A stretch of 61,684 nt of DNA, counting the filler, from Pirum gemmata (taxonomy: Eukaryota), in assembly GCA_002812295.1 (NCBI GenBank). It is 9 parts of 9 records of this genome, joined end to end, with 100 filler letters (N's around TTAATTAATTAA, not from the genome) between each part and the next. Parts side by side here need not be neighbours in the genome. Positions count along the whole stretch, not along the records: positions 1 to 6,748 come from PDIN01000226.1; positions 6,849 to 13,854 come from PDIN01000227.1; 7 more parts are not named here. The stretch is one strand, 5' to 3'. Shown one piece after another: positions 1 through 11,767 of the stretch. Under the pieces are notes generated by a model. It searched no databases, was not told the DNA's origin, and was given only the letters and a program-made list of their open reading frames with translations. Position numbers and translations under genes: made by a program. Positions within the stretch are counted from its first letter, which is position 1, and every line of letters starts with the position of its first letter.

Positions 1-609
1 TTTTTTTGTTTTTTGGAGTTAAAAAACCAAAAAAAAAAAAACAGTTAAGGAACGCAAAAAGAAAGTTCTTGTATTCTTTATAATTAACGAATGATGGTAC
101 AAACAGCAAATAATATGATGTGTATCTATATACAGTATTATTATTTACATAATAATGAAAATAATAGTAAAACAATAGTCTATCAATGAAAGCCTACGAA
201 TCTGTTCGAGTTTCGGAAAATTTGTTCGATATTTTTTCCGCTTTTTTTTTTTATTTTTTTTACGCTTTGGAACCACTTTTTTCACTCTTTTCAATAAAAG
301 TACAAAAAAACATAATCGAGTCGGAACCATGGTTCTTTAATTAATAGTGATTTAATTATAAAGAATGTAAGAACTTTTAATTAATCTTTACTATATATTG
401 TGTAATGATAATGATATAGTATATTGTGTAATGATAATGATAATAAGATTATTTGTCATTTATATAACTCCATTTAATTTTTTATTTTTACAGTTTTTTT
501 TTTTTTACAGTATTATAAAATTAAATAAAATAAAGAACAATAACAAAACAACAAGAAAAAAACTGTATTAAACAATAACATTATAATATACAATAACTGT
601 TAATCCTTT

Positions 610-1971
610 TTACCAGTATTGTGGTGGAATATGATTCGGAATTCGTGCCCCAGAGTCCATGGTATTGAAAATGCTGCTCACCTTTTTCCCGCTAGGATCA
701 AAAACATTTTCCATAACCAATGTCCCTTTAGCATGTAGCTGGCCCATGTTATCATATATTCTTTGCACAGTTCTACCATAAGCATCTCTTTGGGAAACAA
801 TCGTTCCTGGGATTAAATCTTTCTGAAAAGCCATTATATCCTTTTCATAATTTACAACATTTTCATAAAATCTTTCACTTGGAACTTGTCTTCCTAGGTC
901 ATCAAATTTCATTTCCATAATTGGCGGCGAGAATGTTTTTGGTCTTGTTCTACCATTAGGTGCTTTTTCTGGTACCCTTTTTCCTATTATTCGGTCCTCC
1001 ATTTCCTGTCTCTGTTTAACGAAATCATTTAATGCACTTGGTTTACTACCATCTGGTGCTTGATCTGGTTTTTTGATTCCTGTTGCTTTGTCCTTCATTG
1101 CCTTGTCTTCCATTGCCTTTGACTTTTCTTGGTTGTTCTTGGTAAGAGCTTTATGTTCTTCTTGTTTTTTTGCCATATGTATTTTTTGTTTATCATCTAA
1201 AACTTGTGACTTTAAATCATCTAAATCGAAACGAAAGTGTGCTCTTCTTTCTACCCAGTAAGGATCATAATAATCGTAAGGTAAATTCTCTCTTTTAGCG
1301 TCTGCTTCTGTTTTCTTACTTTCTCGCTCAATCCTTTCTTTTATCAGCCTTTCGCGTTCCTTGGGGTCCTTTGGGCCTGGTTTTGTTCTCCAAGAAGGTT
1401 CTTGCTTTTTCGGAGCTTGTTTACCTGCTTCTTGGGCTTTCTTTACATCTGCTACTAGTCTTTTAGATTCTTCTTGACTTCGTTGGGCTTGCGAAACAGT
1501 GGCCTCGGCCTGTGGGTTCACCGGTTTAGGATTAGTATACCCAAACCTTTGCAAATCTGCTGGTTTTAACCACTTTTCTGCTTCAGCCTGTGTCAACTCT
1601 CTGTAAATTGGTGTTCCATCTGCCTGGGTGCCATCTTGTATTCTAGGTTTGGGGTTTGTAACTTGGTGAATCCGTGGTGGCGCAGGTAGTCTTCGTACTT
1701 GTTGTTGTGGTACTTGTTGTTGTGGTACTTGTTGTCTTTGTACCTGTGGTTGCAGTACTTGTTGTGGCGGTACTTGCTGTCTTTGTGGCCCATCTTTTAC
1801 CTTGGCTAACGAGAATTTTTTCGTTCTTTTTATAATTCCATTTTCAGTAGTCTCTGTTACAGTGGTCATCCACTTATAATCCGGCAATAATTTTAAATTA
1901 TACGTTTGTAAATCAGCTAGGCTAGTTTCTACTGTTTGACCGAGTAATATGTTTCCCTTGGGATCGATCAT
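610..1971 (-). CDS. Q/P/K-rich protein of unknown function (453 aa, or C-terminal part of a ~553 aa protein)
   Basis: Long uninterrupted ORF with coding-like GC content in an AT-rich background; QQVPQ repeats; ends in TAA. Confidence 0.75.
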   Translation of the reverse strand: MIDPKGNILLGQTVETSLADLQTYNLKLLPDYKWMTTVTETTENGIIKRTKKFSLAKVKDGPQRQQVPPQQVLQPQVQRQQVPQQQVPQQQVRRLPAPPRIHQVTNPKPRIQDGTQADGTPIYRELTQAEAEKWLKPADLQRFGYTNPKPVNPQAEATVSQAQRSQEESKRLVADVKKAQEAGKQAPKKQEPSWRTKPGPKDPKERERLIKERIERESKKTEADAKRENLPYDYYDPYWVERRAHFRFDLDDLKSQVLDDKQKIHMAKKQEEHKALTKNNQEKSKAMEDKAMKDKATGIKKPDQAPDGSKPSALNDFVKQRQEMEDRIIGKRVPEKAPNGRTRPKTFSPPIMEMKFDDLGRQVPSERFYENVVNYEKDIMAFQKDLIPGTIVSQRDAYGRTVQRIYDNMGQLHAKGTLVMENVFDPSGKKVSSIFNTMDSGARIPNHIPPQYW

Positions 1972-2270
1972 TTTAACAGCAGCAGGGTTGGGGGGGGGGC
2001 TTTTCTAAGAGGAGGAGGACCAAGTAGAGGAGGAGTAACTCTTGTAGGAGTAATTGGTGGAGGAAGAGTAACTTGTACAGCCGATTTTCCAGTAGTATCA
2101 CTATGTTTCACTGCCTGTGCGGCGACATCATCACCATATTTTATACCAGCTTCTATTAGGTTCATAAAACCACCAAGCATTCTTCTCTCTCTTGTCATTT
2201 CATGTTGTTCAATGGACATAGACCAAGAAGCAGTAGTAAGTGCAAGTGAACATAGAATTTGAAACTTCAT
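1968..2270 (-). CDS. N-terminal part of a putative secreted protein (signal peptide, RERR site, Pro-rich linker); probably continuous with 610..1971
   Basis: MKFQILCSLALTTASWS resembles a signal peptide. The ORF ends just after a C10 homopolymer (G run 1990-1999 on +); one extra C would join it in frame to the next ORF. Confidence 0.65.
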   Translation of the reverse strand: MKFQILCSLALTTASWSMSIEQHEMTRERRMLGGFMNLIEAGIKYGDDVAAQAVKHSDTTGKSAVQVTLPPPITPTRVTPPLLGPPPLRKAPPPTLLLLK

Positions 2271-2814
2271 GTTTTTAGTTTATTTCTTTCTTAATTTTTA
2301 AAAAGAATGTAATTACTATTAGAACTGCTAGTTATGTTTTACCTTGTAAAAGTTTTTAATGATAAATATTAATCTTATTGTTAGTATTGTTTAAAATTTT
2401 TATTTTACAAAAAATAAAAGAAATAATTATTATATTTACTATTCCTTTTTTTTTTTTGCAATCATATTTATATTTGCTATAATATTATTATTTTTACTAT
2501 AATTATATCAAAAAAAAAATTAAAAAAAAGAGGGGGGGGGGTTATATCTCGCTATCTACCAATATTTCTGCAACAAAAGAGCAATATAAATGCTAATCAT
2601 AGACAATATATTATGGTATTATTATTATTATTATGAAAAATATAACAAGCCAAAACCAAACGACAATCAAGGTATTAACTTATACCTCCAAAGTATTATA
2701 AAACAAATTAACAAACTATAATTTTTTAACTATAACTGCTAACTATTGATACCTCTACTAGCTATCATAGTATCATATCATAGCTAGAGATATCATACCT
2801 ACTACTATTAAAAT

Positions 2815-2845
<31 letters not shown>

Positions 2846-3222
2846 GCTCTTTCCGGCTCTTTCCGGCTCTTTCCGGCTAATAGCTACGGTTCTAGCTAGT
2901 AGACTCTACTAGTAGTCTAGTAGACGTCTAGTATGAATCAGACTGTGTGATAGTCTTTCCAAAGAAAAGAAAAAAAAATGGGATGATAGCTACCCCTTTC
3001 ATCTCCCTTTTCATTGTTTTCAAGTCCTTTTTACTATGAGTAGACAGTACTAGTAGTTAGACTAGACCCTTTTCAATAACATACTATTTATTTTCTGTAA
3101 TGATAGATGGGTCTAGAATAATAATAATAATTTATGAAAGCGTAGACCTGTCTATGTACAAAAAAAAAATATTATAGTTTTTTTTTAATTAAAATATTGT
3201 AAAAGTGAAAAAAAAATATTTT

Positions 3223-3284
<62 letters not shown>

Positions 3285-4953
3285 GCAAATAGATTCGTCT
3301 AGCTAGCTAGCCCATTAGCTGCATATAATCTGTTCGTTGCTATTCGTTGTAACTTGATCTCAAATCTCAAAAGTTCAAGAAAACCTATTTTGGAAATTAT
3401 TTGGAGGGCTGCTGGCTGTGGAGTGTGGACCTTCGGTAGTCCAGTCCAGTCCTTGTAGTCCAGTCACTCGTAACTCCAGAGTCCAGACTCCAGTCAGCAG
3501 TCACCCGCCCGACTCCCCGGCTCCAGTGGCAAAGGTCTGTAGGGATCTGACCCAATGATTAGTCGATCCTAGACTATAAAATAAAATAATAGTTACAAAA
3601 TAATGTTTTTTTTTTTTTTTTTGAGTAAAATGTAGACTAACATGAGATGTTCAAAATTCCGAGTTTTGGAATAAATTAGTCGCCCCTGTCAGCAAAAAGT
3701 CTTGTCTAAATTATTAGTTTTGATTTGTTAAATAATCTAGATGTCTGACAGACGGGTGTTTTTTTTTATGATGACGTATACTTTATGTTGATTTGTGTTC
3801 GAAAATGAAAAAAAACTACATTGAGTCAAAAAAATCCTAATTTGAAATAAAAAAAATTGCCATAATTAGAAAGCAAAAATCTTTTTTTCTGAAGGGAAAA
3901 TAAAGTGAAAATAATTTAGTAAAATAGTCTGGATAGTCTAAATTTATATTCTGTGACTTCAGTTTGGCTTTTGTGGGCTTAAAGTGACACTCTAGCCACA
4001 AAATGTAAATATTATTAGAATGCGTAATAATGATGCTATGAAGATAATTCAATAACAAAGTTTGCTTGTTTTAAGCTCTAGATTAGCTTCTAATTTTATT
4101 ATAGTTTCCGATAGTTACATGACCATAGAACATCGAGCTAATAATTAAGACGCTCTGATTGACGATGAACTTTAAATAATAATAATAACAATAATAAGTA
4201 AAAAAGTAAAAGACACCCAGTATAAATAATAGACAATACACTACAATACATTAATTAATTACATTAATTACATTTGACTACATTTGTATGATTTGTTAGA
4301 CCCTAGTTGTTAGTGACATTGTTCAGTCACAGAACTTCAGGGTTCACTGCTCTAGAGCTAGCTAGGTTCACTGTTATAAAATTTAATAAATATCATTTAT
4401 TTTATTATAAATAAAATCTCATTATAGTCTAGGTCTGCTGTCTCATGAGTCAGGGTGTAGGGTCACTACCAGGGTGTCACTGTCACTGCCACTGTCTGGT
4501 GTTCGGTGTGCACCGTGTGGCTAGCTAGACTATTATATTATTCTTAGTCAGTGATGAGTCTATGGTGACTATCATAATAATTATCGTATGATAGAATATT
4601 ATTATTCTTTTTTTTCTTCAGTGTATGATATATTATGTATATTATAAAGGCTAGATAAAAAAAAGGAGCTATAATAATACATCATACATGTAGTAGTCAT
4701 GTAGTTATTCAAGAGTTATCTATACAGCACTATTATAGTTGTAATTTTTTTATTTGTTTCATAATATTTTGGTATAATATATATATAAGTTAATGATTTA
4801 ATTGTCGTTGGGTTTTTACTTGTTTTAATTTTCATAGAAATACCATAAAGTATAGTCTATGAGTAACATTTGTGTGGTAATATTGATTTTTACTTTTGTA
4901 CTCTTTTGTTTCTAATATTATTATATATATATAAAGAAAGAAAGAAAGAAAAA

Positions 4954-5391
4954 CCATTATGATAGAGGAATATGAGTGGAGTATATAATATTATATACAT
5001 AGGTCTTAATTTTTTCTGAACTCATTTTTAATGGAGTTTTCATTTTAATTTTTTTATTATAATCAATTTTTGTATGTTTTTCATAATCTATATTTAATAA
5101 AACACATTCGCTACTAGCGAATATAATATTATCATATATAAGTAATATAATTTTTGTCGGCAGTGTTATATTTTTCACCTACAATATCATACCTACTCTC
5201 ATTAAATGAAGTACAGCATGGTTAATAATATGATAGATACATCTAAATTCATTGGTCGTTGTATTAATGAATGTGCTAGTTTTTTAGTCAATAAAAAAAA
5301 CTCAGATATTGTAGGAACGTGTAACGTTTGTAATTTGGATGTTTGTATATATATAATGATATACTTCACTCATATTCCTCTATCATAATGG
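4954..5391. mobile_element. Non-autonomous TIR element (~440 bp)
   Basis: CCATTATGATAGAGGAATATGAGTG(G/A)AGTAT at 4954 and its reverse complement ending at 5391. No coding capacity; no clear TSD. Confidence 0.6.
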
Positions 5392-6260
5392 GGTTTTTTT
5401 TTTTTTTTTGTGACTTTGTATTCGAGGTGAGTGATGGGTATTGAAATATTGTAAATGAATTGGGGTAGTGATGGGACTAGGGGTTATCCAAAGAGTTTGG
5501 TGTCAATAAAATGAATGGTTGATTTTGTATATTTCTGGTTAAGAATTAATCGGCTTGATTTAATTTGTTAATTAATAAGGATTTATTATTATATTATTGA
5601 TAATTAATAATAACAATAATTTATCATTTTATAATTCTTTGTAATAATAATATTAATTTATTATATATATTTTTTAAAAAAGAATAATATTATAGAGTTT
5701 TTTTTTCCCTGTAATTTTAGAAAAGAAAACGAAAAATAACAAGAATCACAAAAACTCAATTTATACTTATAAAATACCTCAAAACACTAGTATTTATTAG
5801 TTATTTATTCCAATATGTAGATATCTTTAAATTATATAATATACGCGAAGTAAATAATTTAAAAAAACATAACAGATGATGAGAATAATAGTGAGTATAG
5901 ATTTTTACTACACTTCCTTCAACATTATTGGGTTCGAATCCCCCCGACCAAGATGAAGATCGTCTATAAATACAACATAAAGTCCAAATATCGTTGTCCC
6001 AAGAACAACCAGCCGGGGTTTTCCAATAATTTCCCCACCTGTGAAAAAAAAAAATTTCTTAACGTAATAAAAAATAAGATGAAATGCTTTACTGGGATTC
6101 CAAAAAAGCAACATGACATGAAAATATTGTCAGTCAGTACTCAGTATTATCAGGTACTAAGTCTATTGTCAGTTGTTCAAATATTAGTTATGACGTCATA
6201 TATGACGTCATCGTAACATTAGATTACAATAATATTTAATTATTACAGGAATCTTTCAGC

Positions 6261-6334
6261 GGTTCCGTAGATCAGCTGGTTAGATTGTCTGCTTTACACG
6301 CAGAAGGTCGCGAGTTCGAGCCTCGCCGGAACCT
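6261..6334 (+). tRNA. tRNA-Val(TAC): tRNA-Val (anticodon TAC), intronless
   Basis: Acceptor GGTTCCG/CGGAACC, D stem GATC/GATT, anticodon arm TCTGC-TTTACAC-GCAGA, T arm GCGAG-TTCGAGC-CTCGC; T4 run at 6359-6362. Confidence 0.93.
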
Positions 6335-6748
6335 CCAATCAAAGATCGAAGATAACAATTTTGTTTGAAGCGTTTAGGAAATAATATATTCTATCTAATT
6401 TTAAACGCAAAAGAACACGATAAAAGAAGCCGACGTTGTTTTAAGCTGCCATGCAAAAGATTCAAATACGGCTACTTACATCGGGAGCTTCAAAACATTT
6501 ATTAATTACAAATTAACAAATTAATAAATCAGGAGGTTACTAGGAGGTTACTAAAAAAATCCTCAAGTTGGCATTTTTTTTTTTTGACATTTCGTTTATT
6601 GATTATATAGTCTATATATATAAATTTGTGAAAAAAATGCAAAATTCAAACATTTTAAATACTTTTGTTTGTTTTCTTCATTTTGTGAAATCTTGGTGTT
6701 TTTAAAAAATAATCTGTTTTTCCATATACTATAATGGAGTATTGTGAT

Positions 6749-6848
6749 NNNNNNNNNNNNNNNNNNNNNNNNNNNNNNNNNNNNNNNNNNNNTTAATTAA
6801 TTAANNNNNNNNNNNNNNNNNNNNNNNNNNNNNNNNNNNNNNNNNNNN
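6749..6848. other. Artificial contig-joining spacer
   Basis: 100 nt of N with a central TTAATTAATTAA (stops in all six frames). Confidence 0.97.
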
Positions 6849-8200
6849 TATAGTAATGGTTTGTGTAGTAAACGTGAACAAAGTAAATACTAACAACAAT
6901 TCATAATAGATATAAAAATTTTGATATTACCAAAATCGTTTAAATGATAGTACAACAAAGTTTGGTTGTTGTTTATGGCTATAAACAAGTTTTCGGAAAA
7001 TTAATCAAACAAGTTTTAATTTTTAATTTTTGCTTTTTATCTTTTTATCAAATACGAAAAAGTATGAATGTCAATCTCACGGAAGTCAAGGATATCCACG
7101 TGGGTATTAAGTTAATTAGTAAATCATGCATTTACTTTTAAAAAAATAATTTTATAAATTCTAGATCTCAAGAAATGAATTATATATAATATAGAAGTTA
7201 AACGGATTCTGAACTCTCTACGCTCACACACACACATATCATATGAGCCAATTAATATTATGACCCTCGATGGGCCAGATTTCACCCTAACCCCCATGGG
7301 TCCCATATAAAGGTAATCACATACTAAATATAGCAACTGAATTTCTGAGGTCCAGTTTTCGCACATTTTGTCACTTTTATCGCATTAAGTGTCTATCGTA
7401 GTATGAATCGCAATTTTCGACGTTAAAAAAATATCCTATAATAACTTAAAGACAAACAATTATAAGTTCCTTAATATTATTCATAAATAATATATTAATA
7501 TTCACCTAATACCACCTAATTATATAAAATAATAACCAACAAAAATGGCAAAAATTTCAATGAAAAATTTAAAACCAATTCGCAATAATATCAAAAAAAA
7601 ACAAACCGATTATTTAAAACAACAAAGAAAATTGATTATTAATTAAATTACCAAAATCCAAGGAAATATTATATAAAATAATGAAAACAATGAAAACAAG
7701 CATAAATCATTATACTGGTGTAAAAAAATGGATTGTGTACGTGATTAATTTTGTAGGAAATAAGTAAATTTTAAATTGTGACAGTCTTCAGCTTTTAAAT
7801 GCACATGCTTAGACAAGTATGTTGTTTGTTGTTTGTTGTGGAAAAACCGCTTTAACACATCTGGGTTTTGAATAAACTAGTATTAATTAAGTTATCTTTA
7901 TTTTAATATAAACAAGCATAAACAATAATATTTTATTTTATATAATATATATTATATACGATTATTTGAAAAAAGGGTTAAGAGTGATGCTAAAATTTAT
8001 TTGAAAACATTTATTTTTAAAAGACAAAAAAATGTTTATGACCCATATACTCCCATATATTATTATCGATATTTTACAATAATACAATATTAATACAATA
8101 TATAATAATGTAACATAAAATTTAATTTTGTTCTTGATCATTATATTTAAAATATTAATTAATCAGCTCTAAATGGTTGGGCGTTAACAGGCAAAGGTCC

Positions 8201-9103
8201 TTATGGTTGGGTTTGTGCTGGAGGAATATAGCCTGATGGTCCTTGTGGTTGGGTTTGCATTGGAGGAATATAGCCTTGTGGTCCTTGAGGTCCTTGAGGT
8301 CCTTGAGTGTATGCTGGCGGGTCTGCATAATTTTGTTGGGTTTGCATTGGAGGAATATAGTCTTGTGGTCCTTGAGGTCCTTGAGTGTATGCTGACGGGT
8401 CTGCATAATTTTTTGGAAGATAGTATTGGTTAAAGTTATTTCCGGAATTTTGGTTCAAGTTATTTCCGGAATGGTAAAACGGTGGTGTACCAGTCGGATA
8501 AATATTGGCATCAGAATGATAAGCTGATGGTGGTGGATTAATACTGGTATCAGATTGATATGTAGATGTAGGTGATGATTCACATTTTGCATTATTTACA
8601 AAAATTCGTGCTTTCTTTGCCAAAAAAATATTAATCAAAGTAATAAGTAAACAGGGTGCTATAAGCCAGTAACAAAAATCTATTGAAAGAACATGATCAA
8701 AAGTACTGACTCTTGTCATAAAATAAGTAACATTAGTAATTACCACAGTGATAATACTAAGGCAAAGTAAAATAAGAATGTAAGTTGCACATGTAGAGCT
8801 TTTATAGTCGTCTTTTTTCTCTTTTAAAGCTAATACTAAAGTGATACTGTTAAATACTATTGTGGTTATTATAGTAACAGCCATAACGATAAGTGGGGTG
8901 GGCATTTTTGGGTAAGATGAAGTACCCTCAACAGAAGTGCGTTGGAAAAGCCCATAATGAACAGTTTTTATAGACAAATAACCAGTCTCAGACATAACAT
9001 CATAAGTTAATTGATAAAAGTGAGGTAATGCCAAAGCACAAATTAGAAGAATTACTGTCAACAATGAAATAAAACATTGGACGAGTCTATAAGGATTGTG
9101 CAT
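8201..9103 (-). CDS. Four-TM membrane protein, PMP22/claudin-superfamily-like, with a Pro/Gln/Tyr repeat tail
   Basis: Four hydrophobic segments; first loop contains HYGLFQ (cf. the claudin-type GLW motif); tail has NYADPxAYTQGPQGPQ-YIPPMQTQ repeats. Confidence 0.75.
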   Translation of the reverse strand: MHNPYRLVQCFISLLTVILLICALALPHFYQLTYDVMSETGYLSIKTVHYGLFQRTSVEGTSSYPKMPTPLIVMAVTIITTIVFNSITLVLALKEKKDDYKSSTCATYILILLCLSIITVVITNVTYFMTRVSTFDHVLSIDFCYWLIAPCLLITLINIFLAKKARIFVNNAKCESSPTSTYQSDTSINPPPSAYHSDANIYPTGTPPFYHSGNNLNQNSGNNFNQYYLPKNYADPSAYTQGPQGPQDYIPPMQTQQNYADPPAYTQGPQGPQGPQGYIPPMQTQPQGPSGYIPPAQTQP

Positions 9104-9211
9104 TTTTGTTTGTTTATAATTATATAATTATATAATTTTTTTATAAAAAATCAAGTGTTATAAAATTTAATTGTACTATTAATTATTGTTGTCTTATTAA
9201 ATTTGATTTCT

Positions 9212-9276
<65 letters not shown>

Positions 9277-9377
9277 TATATAGTTTATTTTTATTATTAA
9301 TTTTATTATTAGTCTATTATTATTTTCTGAGACTTTTTGTGCAGTCTAACTAAAGAATCTGACAAAAAAAGTTTGAC

Positions 9378-9740
9378 TTCTGGCCTGTGAGAGTCCTGTG
9401 AGTAAATTTGTGTTTTTGAGTTCTGGCCTGTGAGTAAAAAATTTTTTTGAGTTCTGGCCTGTGAGTAAAAAAAATTTTCTGAATTCTGGCCTGTGAGTAA
9501 AAATAGTGTAAAAATTTTTTTTTGAGTTCTGGCCATAGATGGGCATTTTGTTGTTTTTAGGTTCTGGCATTTTGTTGTTTTTAGGTTCTGGCCTGTGAGA
9601 GTCCTGTGAGAGTAAAAAAAAAATAGGTTCTGGCCTCCGGGCAATCTGACTTCCTATTGACTTCTGGCCTTTGCGCAAACTGGCTTCCTATTGACTTCTG
9701 GCCTGTGAGTAAACTGACTTCCTATTGACTTCTGGCCTGT
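9378..9740. repeat. Interspersed TTCTGGCCTGTGAG / CTATTGACTTCTGGCC motif array
   Basis: More than ten copies of TTCTGGC(CTGTGAG) separated by variable AT-rich spacers. Confidence 0.8.
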
Positions 9741-9747
9741 CTGCTAT

Positions 9748-10072
9748 TAGGGTAAGGGGTTAGAGTTAGGGGTTAGGGAGTTAGGGTTAGGGTTAGGGTT
9801 AGGGTTAGGGTTAGGGTTAAGGTTAAGGTTAAGGTTAAGGGCAGGGTTAGGGTTGTGTAAGGGTTAAAGTTGGAGTAGTAGTGTAATTACGTGCAAGGGT
9901 TACAATTATAACTAGCTATAGGGTTAAGGTTAGGATTAGGGGTTAGGGAGGGACAGGGGTAGGGATAGGGTTAATTACAAGGTTAATTAGGGTTAACTTT
10001 AGGGCTAGGGAGTGTTAGGGTTGGGGTTAGGATTAGGGTTAGGGTTACGATTAGGGTTAGGGTTAGGGGTAA
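9748..10072 (+). repeat. Degenerate interstitial telomere-like (TTAGGG)n
   Basis: TTAGGG/TTAAGG units. Confidence 0.85.
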
Positions 10073-10143
10073 CGTTTGTGTTAGATATATAATATTATAT
10101 ACATAATATTATATTGATACTATATTATATTATATGAATTATA

Positions 10144-10319
10144 GTGCTTTTCATTTATTTTGGCACTCAGAATATTTATTTGGTTAGTTATAATATTTAA
10201 ATTGACATTCTTAAATGGATAAGTAGATAATAAAATATACCAAATTAAATGGATTTATATTGTATTAATTTGGTTCTCTTTATTGTACATTTTATGATGA
10301 CAAAACAACTGAAAAGCAC
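10144..10319. mobile_element. MITE family A (~175 bp, Tc1/mariner-like)
   Basis: TIR GTGCTTTTCAtTTaTTTTG / CAAAAcAACTGAAAAGCAC; many copies in the window. Confidence 0.85.
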
Positions 10320-11293
10320 AATATATTATAGATATTATAATATTATACATAATATTATTATAATATACTTATAATATAATTATAATACTGAATCAAAGTA
10401 TAAAAATCTTGTTATCATGCATATTTTATACTCATACCAGATAGTTACCAGATAAAATTGCAAAATCTGCTATATAGATATGAGCTCAAAATCTGACAAA
10501 ATCTTTTAAACTTCTCCAATTTTAATTAATTAAAGTAATATTAACATTTCAGAAATCGTCTCTATGGCCATTTTTTAATAATAGTTTGGCTAGTTAGCAT
10601 TTTTTAAAATTATTTATTTATTATAAAGTTTTTTGAAAAGAAGTCTTATTCAACAGTGGTTTACAAAAAAAAAAAAAAAAAAAANGGTAGTAGTCTTAGT
10701 GGTAGTAGTAGTGGTAGTAGAGGTAACTATTTTTTTAATACTAATTTGGGGTAACTAGAATTTGACGATAAATTCGATCCGTGGACTGAGCCTGTTACTG
10801 AAGAGCGGTTGCGAGTTGATCGAACTTGATTCAATTTGATTGATCGATTTTGTTGATTTAATGGTCGAATGAAATTAGTCTTTTTTAGAAAAAACAAAAA
10901 AAAAGTTGATACAGCCATTCAGGGATACATGGAGGGATACATATTTGTAATGAATATGTATAAATATATATATATTATTACTATATATATATTATGTTTA
11001 TTCCATATATGTTATATTTCTAATTTGATGATCAACAATAATTCTGCTTTGTTTTTTTTAAAAAAAAAAATCGAATTTTCGAGTCTATACATTAATTAAT
11101 AAGTTCGAACATTTTTTAAGCTGATAATCAAGTATTCGAGTATATTTATTTATTTCTAAACCCGAAAAAATGGAAAAAATAATTTTCAAACACGACTAAA
11201 TGTTGGCTTTTTTTTTTTTTTTGACAACAGAAATTTGAGTTTTCGAGCTCGAGCAGAATTGATAATAATTTTTATCTATAAAATATAATTATA

Positions 11294-11464
11294 GTGCTTT
11301 TCATTTGTTTTGTCATCATAAAACAAACAATAAATAGTATCAAATTAATACAATATAAATCCATTTAATTTAATTAGGTATATTTTATTATCTATTTATT
11401 GATTTAAAAATATCTATTTAAATATTATAACCCTCCAAATAAATACAAAATAAATGAAAAGCAC
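11294..11464. mobile_element. MITE family A copy (opposite orientation)
   Basis: GTGCTTTTCA...TGAAAAGCAC with the same internal sequence. Confidence 0.85.
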
Positions 11465-11689
11465 GATAATATATATAAAAAATTAATTTTAAAATATAAA
11501 AAAAATAGAATAACTTTTGGATTTCACTAGGATTTTCAGTTTTCAAACATAAGTAATGTAACAGGTATTTAGCAAATTTGAAATTTTCGAACTTAAAAAA
11601 ATTGTTTGTACCGCAGGGTTAGGGCTAAGGTTATGGTTTTAAGTAACAGTAATAGAAATAGTACTAGTTTAGTGCACGTTATAACATTG

Positions 11690-11736
11690 ATTAGTAATAG
11701 TAATTATAATATAATAATAATATTATAATAATAATA

Positions 11737-11767
<31 letters not shown>

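Noticed and set aside
6328..6337. tRNA-Val 3' end (..CCTCCA) as primer for the Gypsy PBS
   Set aside because: Complementarity does not extend beyond a few bases; the PBS fits a tRNA-Ala-type end better.
6793..6804. TTAATTAATTAA palindrome recurring every ~7 kb
   Set aside because: Always centred in 100-nt N spacers; an artificial linker.
9309..9678. ORFs of 110-111 aa
   Set aside because: Translations of the nucleotide motif array.
9378..9740. Repeat-spacer pattern as a CRISPR array
   Set aside because: Repeats are too short, spacers are repetitive and irregular, there are no cas genes, and the context is eukaryotic.
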